Shown here one piece after another: positions 30,573 to 38,601 of a stretch of DNA of 64,000 nt (its first letter is position 1; each line of letters starts with the position of its first letter). Under the pieces are notes generated by a model that worked only from the letters and a program-made list of their open reading frames with translations, had not been told where the DNA came from and did no database searches. The DNA is from Candidatus Brocadiia bacterium (GTDB lineage: Bacteria > Planctomycetota > Brocadiia > CAIUPP01). The stretch is from contig JBEKCB010000002.1 of assembly GCA_050015075.1 (NCBI GenBank), positions 1-64,000 on the forward strand, in the 5' to 3' direction. The position numbers and the translations under genes are program-made.

Positions 30573-31487
30573 TCAACGGTGCGCCGAGCCGATCAACTCC
30601 TTCACGTCGCGAATCCCATTCGCCGCCATCCACTCCTTCATCTCTCGCGCGATCCGGCCGAAGACTTCGATCTCGTGATCGTACACCGCGCTGCCGACGC
30701 CGACGGCGGTCGCGCCGGCCATCATCATCTCGATCGCGTCGCGCCCGGTCGCCACGCCGCCGGTGCCGATGATCGGGATTTTCACCGCCTGGTAGATATC
30801 GTACACGCACCGCACCGCGATCGGCCGCAGCGCCGGGCCGGTGACGCCGCCCATCTTGAATCCCAGCATCGGGCGGCGCGCCTCGATGTTGATGAGCATG
30901 CCCGGCCCCATCGAGTTGACCGCCGTGATCGCGTCCGCCCCGGCCTCCTCGGCGGCGCGCGCCACTTCGGCGATGGCCGGGACGTTCGGCGAGACCTTGA
31001 TGAAGAGCGGCTTCTTCGTGACCTTGCGCACCGCCGAGGTGATCTCGAACGTCGCCTCCGGCGTGCTCTGCCCGGCCAGCGTGCCGTAGCCGGGCGTGTG
31101 CGGGCAGCTCAGCGGCAGCTCGATCGCGGCGAACGGCAGCGCGGTCATGCGCCCGGCCACGCGGCAGAACTCCTCCGCGTTCGTCCCGATCACGCTCGCG
31201 ATCACCGGCGCGCCGACGTCGTCGAGTTCTGCGAACTCCTGCAGCGCCTCCTCGAGTCCCGCATTGCTGTACCCGACCGCGTTGATCAAGCCGGCCTCGA
31301 AGGTGAGGATCGTCGGGTTCGGGTGTCCGCCGCGCGGCAGCTCGCTGATGGACTTGATCGTCACCGCGCCGGCGCCCGCGCGCGCCACGCGGCGCAGAAT
31401 GCTCTTGCACGTCCCGAGCACGCCCGAGGCGAGCACGGTCGGGTTCTTCAGCGCGATGCCGCAGAGGCTCGTCGTCAAGTCGGGCAC
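30573..31487 (-). CDS. pyrD: Dihydroorotate dehydrogenase family 1B catalytic subunit
   Basis: KNPTVLASG, NAVGYSN, LSCPH, KVSPN, GGVTGPALRPIA, IIGTGGV. Confidence 0.95.
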   Translation of the reverse strand: MPDLTTSLCGIALKNPTVLASGVLGTCKSILRRVARAGAGAVTIKSISELPRGGHPNPTILTFEAGLINAVGYSNAGLEEALQEFAELDDVGAPVIASVIGTNAEEFCRVAGRMTALPFAAIELPLSCPHTPGYGTLAGQSTPEATFEITSAVRKVTKKPLFIKVSPNVPAIAEVARAAEEAGADAITAVNSMGPGMLINIEARRPMLGFKMGGVTGPALRPIAVRCVYDIYQAVKIPIIGTGGVATGRDAIEMMMAGATAVGVGSAVYDHEIEVFGRIAREMKEWMAANGIRDVKELIGSAHR

Positions 31488-31496
31488 GGCAATCCT

Positions 31497-31539
31497 CGAT
31501 GGACGATGGACGACAGACGATAGACCATGGACGATGGTC
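31497..31539. repeat. Single-arm 7-bp tandem array (GACGATG)
   Basis: cgatg gacgatg gacgaca gacgata gaccatg gacgatg. Confidence 0.8.
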
Positions 31540-31602
31540 AAGGACGCTTACGGGAGTTTATCAGCCGACGCGGTGGTCTTGCAAGTAATGGGTGCGAACC
31601 GC

Positions 31603-32010
31603 TTAGAAGTCCGTCAGTTTTGCCGCCAGGCGCTCGAAATGGGCGCGATTGAAGGAGGCGATTTCGTCCGCGCCGGTCGCCAGGGCGGCGGCGACGATGT
31701 AGGCATCGGCGAAGTGCACGCCGCTCCGCTTCGCCAGAGCGACGGCCTCCGCGGCGAGATTGGCATCCAGCAATCTTAGTCCCTGGAACGCACAAATAGC
31801 CGAGAGAATGTCCAGGATCTTTTCTCTGGGAAAATCATAGCTTGCCCGAAGCGTCCATGCGACCTCGAACAGGACTGGTGGACCGGTGACGAGCGCCACC
31901 TTGCCTTCAGCGGCGCGGCGGAACAAGGCGGCTGCCTTCTCGTGCTGGCGGGCGTCGTCGCTGGTGAATAGTCGCAGGAAGACGTTCGAGTCCACAAAAA
32001 CAGTTCTCAC
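31603..32010 (-). CDS. VapC PIN-domain toxin
   Basis: VFVDSNVFLR, EVAWTL, FADAYI, IASFN. Confidence 0.9.
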   Translation of the reverse strand: MRTVFVDSNVFLRLFTSDDARQHEKAAALFRRAAEGKVALVTGPPVLFEVAWTLRASYDFPREKILDILSAICAFQGLRLLDANLAAEAVALAKRSGVHFADAYIVAAALATGADEIASFNRAHFERLAAKLTDF

Positions 32011-32249
32011 CGCGCGATCCCTCTCACGTGCGCAGCGACTGCCTTGAGCATGCGCCTTTCTTCCTCCTCAGGCGGAAGCGCCTTTCCTGCAACGCCCGCG
32101 AATTCAAAAAGGTCCGGCGCGCGCTTGACGACAATCGCTTTGTCCTCGAGTTCGATCACGATCCGGTCATGCGGCTTGATGCCCAGCTTTCGCCTGAACG
32201 CAATCGGCAGGGTGATCTGCCCTTTGACGGAGATGGTGGAAACCGGCAT
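32007..32249 (-). CDS. AbrB/MazE-family antitoxin
   Basis: STISVKGQITLPIAFRRKLGIKPHD; promoter TTGACA(32311)-17bp-TATCAT(32283). Confidence 0.92.
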   Translation of the reverse strand: MPVSTISVKGQITLPIAFRRKLGIKPHDRIVIELEDKAIVVKRAPDLFEFAGVAGKALPPEEEERRMLKAVAAHVRGIAR

Positions 32250-32312
32250 GGCAGTCTTCCTTTCATGACATATTCTTTACTTATGATACATGGTAAAGCG
32301 AATTCTGTCAAG

Positions 32313-33410
32313 TTAAACGTCGGCCGGCGATGGCGCCGTCAACGGATCGCAGTGCACTTCGAGCACATCCAGTTCCCGGCAATCGCACGGCGCGCGCAGG
32401 ATGGCGCTGAGGGACGGATTCGTCCGGCCTTCGTCGCCCGAGATGAGTTCCTTGATGTACGTCCCGGACTGGACGCGCACGGTCAGCTCGAACCGGCGGA
32501 CCGTGGGGCCGGGTTCGGAGATTTGCACGGAGCAGGTCCGGACAGTCCGCCGGCGCACGAGGTTCGCCCGGCGGTGCAGCACGCGGCGCGGCGTTTCCTG
32601 GCGCAGGACCACGTCGCGCAGGGCGCCGAGCCGCTCCACCGCCGCGCGCGGGACCGGCACAAGGCATTCCACCGCCGCGCGGTACGACTTGTCCGGGCTC
32701 ATGCGGAGCATGCGGTCGAGCAGGCCGCGGTCGGCGAACCGGAGTTGCTCCACCTCGACCTCGCCGGTGAGCGTCCGGTTGAGCGCCTCCTGGATCGGCG
32801 CGAGGTCGAACGTCCGGACGCGCGGCATCTCCAATTCGAGCACGAAGGGCCGCCCGCGGCCGAGCATCCGCGCGTCCACGTCCTCGCGGCCGACCGAGTG
32901 CATCTTCGTCCCCGTGCCTCGGCCCTTCGACAACCGTTCAGGGCCGCCCTGAGTTGGGTCGAATGGGCGGCAGATCGGCAGGATCGGCGCTGCGACGAGT
33001 TCCTCCACGCTCCGCTGGTACCGCTTGCCCGTTCCGCCGCACACTTCGCAGCCCACGCCGTGGCAATGGCGGCAGGGCCACTTGCTCTGCGGGATCTCGC
33101 GCGAGAGTTTTCGATAGCGCCCATAGATGAGCAGCGGCTGCAGGCGCTGGACGCGCGCGCCGCCGGCCGGGTAGGCCAGCTCGATGCGGATCACCGCGCG
33201 CTCCAGCGACGCCACCAGGCCCGGCGCGGTCCGCTCAAGGCACTGGCCGACGCGCCGGTTGACCTCCGACTTGGTCGCCAGCGCCTCTTCCGCCGTCACC
33301 GGCCCGGCGACGCGCGTCCCGAGCCAGAACGTGTCGAACTCGTATTCGGAACGCAGCCGGAGCACCTCGCGCGCAAACGCCTGAATCATTTCATCCGATA
33401 TGGGATTCAT
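32313..33410 (-). CDS. pus10: Pus10-type tRNA pseudouridine synthase
   Basis: GRYRKLSREIPQSKW, HSVGREDVDARMLGRGRPFVLE, QETPRRVLHRR, GTYIKELISGDEGRTNPSL, LDVL. Confidence 0.92.
   Translation of the reverse strand: MNPISDEMIQAFAREVLRLRSEYEFDTFWLGTRVAGPVTAEEALATKSEVNRRVGQCLERTAPGLVASLERAVIRIELAYPAGGARVQRLQPLLIYGRYRKLSREIPQSKWPCRHCHGVGCEVCGGTGKRYQRSVEELVAAPILPICRPFDPTQGGPERLSKGRGTGTKMHSVGREDVDARMLGRGRPFVLELEMPRVRTFDLAPIQEALNRTLTGEVEVEQLRFADRGLLDRMLRMSPDKSYRAAVECLVPVPRAAVERLGALRDVVLRQETPRRVLHRRANLVRRRTVRTCSVQISEPGPTVRRFELTVRVQSGTYIKELISGDEGRTNPSLSAILRAPCDCRELDVLEVHCDPLTAPSPADV
32922..32968. repeat. REP-like inverted pair inserted in frame in pus10
   Basis: gcccttcgacaaccgttcagggc / gccctgagttgggtcgaatgggc. 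Confidence 0.75.
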
Positions 33411-33468
33411 CGCGCGTCCATTATACAGGGCGACGGCGAAGACGGCGACAAATGAAGACTAATTTTGG

Positions 33469-33574
33469 AACCACAGATGGACACAGATACGAATCGCTCT
33501 TGTTTTTTCTGCTTATCTGTGGTCATCTGTGGCGACAGGCAGCGCTCGGCCGCTCGCGCCGTCGCTCCGTGGTT
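33469..33574. repeat. Inverted 9-bp arrays (ACACAGATG-like), right arm interrupted
   Basis: aaccacagatggacacagata ... tatctgtggtcatctgtgg [GC-rich insert] tccgtggtt. Confidence 0.7.
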
Positions 33575-33661
33575 TCAATCCACGACAGGTTGGTTGCAAC
33601 GATGGTCAATGAACTTACAGCCGATTCGCCTCTGCCCCCGAGCCGCCCTGAGGAAACTCGA

Positions 33662-34753
33662 ATGGGCGGCAAGCGCGTCGTCGTCGGCATGTCCGGCGGA
33701 GTGGATTCCTCGACGGCGGCGGCGCTGCTCCAGCGGCAGGGATACGAAGTCATCGGCGTGGGCCTTCGCCTTCCGCTGCTCCAAGCCGGCCTGCCCGCCG
33801 CGGCGGGCTGCAATTCACCGCGCCGGTGCTGCGGACCGGCGGCGATGGAGGACGCGCGCGCCGTGGCGAACCAGCTCGGCATCCGCTTCGCCGCGCTCGA
33901 TTACCAGGAACTCTTCAGCCGGGAAATCATCGAACAGTTCTTCCGCGCTTACGCCGAAGGCCGGACGCCGAACCCGTGCGCCGAGTGCAACCGCCTCATC
34001 AAATTCGGCCGCCTCCTGGAATTCGCCAGGATCATCGGCGCGGACTTTCTCGCCACCGGCCATTACGCGCGCACCGCGCTCGATCCGCAGAGCGGGCGAC
34101 ACCTGCTGCTCAAGGGCGCGGACCGCGAGAAGGACCAGTCCTATTTCCTCTACGGGCTTTCGCAGGAGCAGCTCGCCGCCGCGCTCTTTCCGCTCGGCGC
34201 GATGACCAAGGAGGAAACGCGCCGCCTGGCGCGCTCCTTCGGCCTGCCCGTCTCCGAAAAGCCCGGCAGCCAGGACATCTGTTTCCTGGGCGAGGGCGAC
34301 TACCGTTCGCTGCTGGCCGAACGCCATCCGGAATCGCTGCAGCCCGGCCCGATCGTGGACCTGCGCGGCCGCGTGCTGGGGACTCACAAGGGCGTCGCCG
34401 GGTTCACCGTCGGCCAGCGGAAATCGCTGGGCATCGCGGCCGGCGCGCCGCTGTACGTCCTGGCCCTCCGCCCCGCCGCGCGCACCGTCGTCGTCGGGAC
34501 GAAGGAGGAATTGCAGCAGGAGAAGTTCACCGTCGCCGAAATCAACTGGATCGCGTTCGATCCACCGCCGGACAACCTTGAAGCGGAAGTCAAGGTCCGC
34601 TACCGCCAGCCCGAGCAACCGGCCGCGATTCGCATGCTCGCCCCGGGCCGAGCCGAAGTCCGCTGGCACAGCCCGCAGCCCGCAGCCGCGCCGGGCCAAT
34701 CCGCCGTCTTCTACAGAGGCGAGGGCGTCCTCGGCGGCGGGATTATAGAGTGA
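33662..34753 (+). CDS. mnmA: tRNA 2-thiouridylase MnmA
   Basis: MSGGVDSS, GRTPNPCAECN, ATGHYA, KDQSYFL, SQDICF, TVGQRK, APGQSAVFY. Confidence 0.97.
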   Translation: MGGKRVVVGMSGGVDSSTAAALLQRQGYEVIGVGLRLPLLQAGLPAAAGCNSPRRCCGPAAMEDARAVANQLGIRFAALDYQELFSREIIEQFFRAYAEGRTPNPCAECNRLIKFGRLLEFARIIGADFLATGHYARTALDPQSGRHLLLKGADREKDQSYFLYGLSQEQLAAALFPLGAMTKEETRRLARSFGLPVSEKPGSQDICFLGEGDYRSLLAERHPESLQPGPIVDLRGRVLGTHKGVAGFTVGQRKSLGIAAGAPLYVLALRPAARTVVVGTKEELQQEKFTVAEINWIAFDPPPDNLEAEVKVRYRQPEQPAAIRMLAPGRAEVRWHSPQPAAAPGQSAVFYRGEGVLGGGIIE

Positions 34754-34840
34754 CGCCGCCGCGCCGCGATCGTGCGAGGATTGACATGGTGATCCTGCGT
34801 CTGCACTTGTAATCGCACACAATAGCCTTAGCCAGAGGAG

Positions 34841-34869
34841 TTGACAATATATCCGTTCTGACATATAAC
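34841..34869 (+). promoter_or_regulatory. sigma70 promoter of the orphan HTH gene
   Basis: TTGACA(34841)-17bp-TATAAC(34864). Confidence 0.7.
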
Positions 34870-34914
34870 GGAGTGCGTGAATGTCCAGTAAGACGCTTAT
34901 GAAGAGGCGATGTC

Positions 34915-35202
34915 ATGAAGAAACTGAAAAATGGGTGGGTCGAGGGAACGGCTCAGGAGCTCCTGGACTTGTCGGATTCGGACATGGAGTACATTGAGAC
35001 GAAGCGCGCGTTGGCCGCATGTCTGCGCGACCTGCGAAAAGCCAAGCATTTGACGCAGGTGAAACTCGCAGCCCGCCTGCACACGAGTCAATCCCGCGTG
35101 GCCAAGATGGAGGCCGGCGATCCGACCGTTTCCATGGATCTGTTGTTTCGGTCGCTCTACCGGATCGGCGCTACTCGGCGCAAAGTGGCCTCGGCTCTCT
35201 GA
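34915..35202 (+). CDS. XRE-family HTH protein, HigA-like orphan antitoxin
   Basis: GWVEGTAQELLDLS...LTQVKLAARLHTSQSRVAKMEAGDPTVSMDLL. Confidence 0.85.
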   Translation: MKKLKNGWVEGTAQELLDLSDSDMEYIETKRALAACLRDLRKAKHLTQVKLAARLHTSQSRVAKMEAGDPTVSMDLLFRSLYRIGATRRKVASAL

Positions 35203-35245
35203 CAGGTTTCATGCGTCCATTTCCCGCCGCCCCGTTTCCCCTCCG

Positions 35246-36271
35246 TCACGTCTGTTTCGGCGCCGGGTAGTGGTACTCCGCCATCGCCGGCGCAAAGAAA
35301 TCAAAGTGGCTCGCACTCCTGTCCCGCTTCCACCGCCCGACCGAGTCAGGGCGCACAACGATCCTCGCCAGCTCCATGCCCAGGAATTCTCTCAGGCGGG
35401 CGAGGGTATTGTCCTGATCGAGAATGAAGTCCTCGAACCGCACCTCGATCCAATTCGCGGGCTTGGGGGTGGCCTTGACGATGTCGTACTGGTACTTCCA
35501 CGAGATCGCGCGCCGGAGCAGCAGGTCGTCCGTCTGCGGATACTGGATGCCGAAATCGGCGAGGTCGTCGGTCAGGTGGCTCCCCAGGATGCAATCGCGC
35601 GGGTCGCGGATCCAGAAGATGTACCGGGCCGCCGGGAACATCCGCACGATCCAGGGATAGGCCAGCGTCGTCTCCGGGAGCTTCCAGCCGCGCTCCCCGG
35701 ATTTGCTGCGGAGGACCGACACGAGGTACGCGTGGACCAGCGTCGTGAATTCCTCGGGGATGGGCATCGTCTGCAACCGGCTGAAATCCCACTCCAGCCC
35801 GCCTTTCCAAACCACCTGGCGGGCTAGGAGGCGGCACGCATCGTAGAGGTGCTGGGCCGGCAGCAGGTCGCCGGAGTCGTTGAGCATGTCGCCCATGAAA
35901 ACGCCGCTGGCCGAAAGCGTGTGAGACATCGCCCGGGTGCCCGAATGTCCCCGGCCGATGATCGTGATCAGCTTCAGCCGGCTGTCATCTTCACTTTCGA
36001 CCTGCCCGAAGTGCGCCGGTTCGGCAGGCGACAGATGCGCCTGTCCGTCAATCTCCAGCCGTCTCGAGAGCCGCCTCCGCGCATCGTGGACACGATTGAA
36101 ACACCATTCCTGCGAGCGTGAAGGCAAAAGCAGTATCAGCGGCCGGAGCAGCGTGTAATAGAAGGCCATGGCCCACGCGCGCACCGCCAGCTTCAGGTTG
36201 TGCGTCTGCGCTGAGATGCCGCGAATCGGGTGATTCTGTCGCGCGTCGGCGGAATCAGGAAGTTCTGTCAA
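35246..36271 (-). CDS. Sulfotransferase-family protein (start uncertain)
   Basis: 5'-PSB-like IIGRGHSGT; GWKLP; 3'-PB-like IRDPRDCILGS; VRFEDF; DSVGRWK. Confidence 0.82.
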   Translation of the reverse strand: MTELPDSADARQNHPIRGISAQTHNLKLAVRAWAMAFYYTLLRPLILLLPSRSQEWCFNRVHDARRRLSRRLEIDGQAHLSPAEPAHFGQVESEDDSRLKLITIIGRGHSGTRAMSHTLSASGVFMGDMLNDSGDLLPAQHLYDACRLLARQVVWKGGLEWDFSRLQTMPIPEEFTTLVHAYLVSVLRSKSGERGWKLPETTLAYPWIVRMFPAARYIFWIRDPRDCILGSHLTDDLADFGIQYPQTDDLLLRRAISWKYQYDIVKATPKPANWIEVRFEDFILDQDNTLARLREFLGMELARIVVRPDSVGRWKRDRSASHFDFFAPAMAEYHYPAPKQT

Positions 36272-36570
36272 ATCACGGCCTTCGAGGCGACTGTCAGACG
36301 CCCAACGTTAATTTCCGACGACCGAGGTTACGCCGGGTAAACCGGAATCTGCCAAAAGGCCGCCCGTCAGAAGGCGGCCGCTCATCAAGCGTGATATGCT
36401 AACGACCCAGGTCACCCGCGTCAAGGAACTCTTCGGCGGTCTGCCGGCCCTGAACGGTTTTCAAAGTGCTGACCCGGCCGAGCCCGCCCGCCGACAATTT
36501 ACCTGGCCGGCAGAATTCTAATGGTCGGAATGCGGCATTGGGCGGGATATCGTCCGGATTAATAAGGACA

Positions 36571-36700
36571 GGGAGCTATTGAAAAAGTCGTTCGCCTTGT
36601 CACTCTGAGCGCAGCGAAGAGTCTAAACCTCTGGCCTCGCCAGCGCCGGAGGTGTGAGACTCCTGGCTTCGTTCGAAATGACAGTTATTCAAACAGCCCC
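36571..36700. repeat. Nested REP/MITE-like element
   Basis: Inner TGTCACTCTGAGCGCAGCGAAGAGTCT...GAGACTC..CTTCG...AAATGACA; outer GGAGCTATTGAAAAA / TTATTCAAACAGCCCC imperfect inverted ends. Confidence 0.6.
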
Positions 36701-36736
36701 GCGGCCCTGATGAATCCCGTTTCGCAAGAGCCGGGG

Positions 36737-38233
36737 CTACAGATCCACCTGGAAACGGACGCCGAATATGTCCTCGTCGCCACCGTCTATACGCTTGCCC
36801 GGTGCGAGGTTATCGAACAGGTGCGAGCGAACGTAATTCAGCATCACGCGGACGTTCGGGTTGAGATACCAGTTCAGCCCGGCTGTCACATCGGCCATGC
36901 GTCCGCCCTGAATGTCCCCGTCGTTCAAGTCAATGTACGAGTACCGCGCCGCCAGCTCCCAGGCGCCCCAGCCGTACCGGCCGTCTTTGTTGCTCCCGAG
37001 GTTGTGCAGCGGATGAACCCAGTCGAAGCAGCCGTTGGTTTTGTTATAACCGCGATGCTCTCCGGTCAGGAAATAGCTGAGGAAGCCATAAGCGGCGCCG
37101 AACTGCACGTCTTTCTGCCCGGCCGTGCGCGTCACCTCGGCCTGCGCGCATTCTCCCTGGGCCGAGAACGGCCCGTACACGAAGGCGGCTTCCTGGTCGT
37201 AAAGCTGATACTCATGCACGCCGGCAATAGCGGCGGTGTTCACGAAGTACGAGGCCAAGTGCATTTCCGGCGCGCTGTAGAAATTGAGGGACGTGGCTTT
37301 CGTCGGATAGCGCATGCTGCCCGCAGCGCCGAGGTGCAGCAGCCCGAACGTCCCACCGTTCTTCTCGTCCTGGTACCAGGGCAAACCGGTGACGCGGGCG
37401 GTCGTGTCGTAGCCGCTGTCGGCCTGCGTGAAACCCTGGTTGGTCGAACTGCTGTTGCCGTTCCCGGTGCGGAACTCGCCGATCGCCCAGGTCGCCCGCT
37501 GGTCACAGACCGCGTTCGATAGCAGCATGCCCGTCTGGTATTGGGGCGTGAATGCGAACGTCGTACTGCGCTCCATGAACGTGTTGAAGTTGCTGTTCGT
37601 CACCGTTTCCAGATTGAACGGCTCCACGAGGTGACCGACCGTCACGGTCGCGAACGGCTGCAGCGCTGTCGTGCCGACGTAGGCGCGTGCGATCTGCACC
37701 GTGTCGCTCGTGACCGGGGTGGCCGTCGCGGCCTTGCCCGCGGCCACATTGCTCTGAACCGCGTTGATGCGTCCGGCAAAGTCCGCCTCCAACATGTAGA
37801 ACGTGTTGCCGTAGATCGTGCCGTTCGTCAGGAGCCGCATACGCCGGGCCTCGTCGCCGTCCGCCTGGTTCCCCAGCGCGCTGGTCATCGTCGGCGCCTT
37901 GTACTTCTGAATGCCGCTGCCGGTGTGGAACCACTCGAAATCGTACTGGAGCGTGGCCCCGACGTGAATCGAGAACGCCTTATCGTCCGTTTCGAACCAC
38001 AGGCCGTTGTTCCACTTGACGCCGAGACCCCCCGGCTCCGAGATGCGTTCGACCGCCTTGCGAAGCGAGTCATCCGGGTTGTTCGATTCGTTCGCCTTCT
38101 TCTCGAGTTCCGCCACCCGCTTCTTCAGCGCTTCCAGTTCCGCCTTCGTGTCGTCATCTTGCGCGCGGGCTGCAACGGGAAACAGGAGGCCCAGCATCAA
38201 TACTGTTACCCCGATGCCCACGCTGACTCGCAC
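36737..38233 (-). CDS. OprO/OprP-family phosphate-selective porin
   Basis: Signal peptide, coiled coil, RRMRL, FNTFMERS, YFLTGEHR, GAWELAARYS, GLNWYLNPNVRVMLNY, C-terminal RFQVDL; promoter TTGACA(38302)-17bp-TAAATT. Confidence 0.9.
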   Translation of the reverse strand: MRVSVGIGVTVLMLGLLFPVAARAQDDDTKAELEALKKRVAELEKKANESNNPDDSLRKAVERISEPGGLGVKWNNGLWFETDDKAFSIHVGATLQYDFEWFHTGSGIQKYKAPTMTSALGNQADGDEARRMRLLTNGTIYGNTFYMLEADFAGRINAVQSNVAAGKAATATPVTSDTVQIARAYVGTTALQPFATVTVGHLVEPFNLETVTNSNFNTFMERSTTFAFTPQYQTGMLLSNAVCDQRATWAIGEFRTGNGNSSSTNQGFTQADSGYDTTARVTGLPWYQDEKNGGTFGLLHLGAAGSMRYPTKATSLNFYSAPEMHLASYFVNTAAIAGVHEYQLYDQEAAFVYGPFSAQGECAQAEVTRTAGQKDVQFGAAYGFLSYFLTGEHRGYNKTNGCFDWVHPLHNLGSNKDGRYGWGAWELAARYSYIDLNDGDIQGGRMADVTAGLNWYLNPNVRVMLNYVRSHLFDNLAPGKRIDGGDEDIFGVRFQVDL

Positions 38234-38521
38234 GGCCTTCTCCTTGTTGGAATCCGGGACTTCAGAAGCAAGGAATTTATCGGCTATGAATGGCGTTGTC
38301 AAGGGAAAAGCGACATGGGATGGTCGGATTGTTGAAAGAATCAGGCTGCTCGCAGTGTGCCCGTCAGGGCAGACGAAACAGCGGCTGACGGCACCACTAC
38401 ACGCCGCGACTGCGTGATATCACACAGCCGATTGCGCGGTTTCACGCGCAAGCGGAGCTGCACGAAAGGCCTTTCGCCCGCAATTCAAGCCCTTTTCGCG
38501 TTTCTTCTTTTCCTTGGGTGA

Positions 38522-38537
38522 TGGCACGAAGTTTGCT
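38522..38537 (+). promoter_or_regulatory. sigma54 -24/-12 promoter of the cus operon
   Basis: TGGCACGAAGTTTGCT (GG-N10-GC); palindrome GTGATATCAC at 38414-38423 as candidate enhancer. Confidence 0.75.
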
Positions 38538-38601
38538 CCAGTTTTTTTGGACGAAATGTCATCATACTGAAGACGGCAACAAGATCGAAAGGATGCGGAA
38601 A

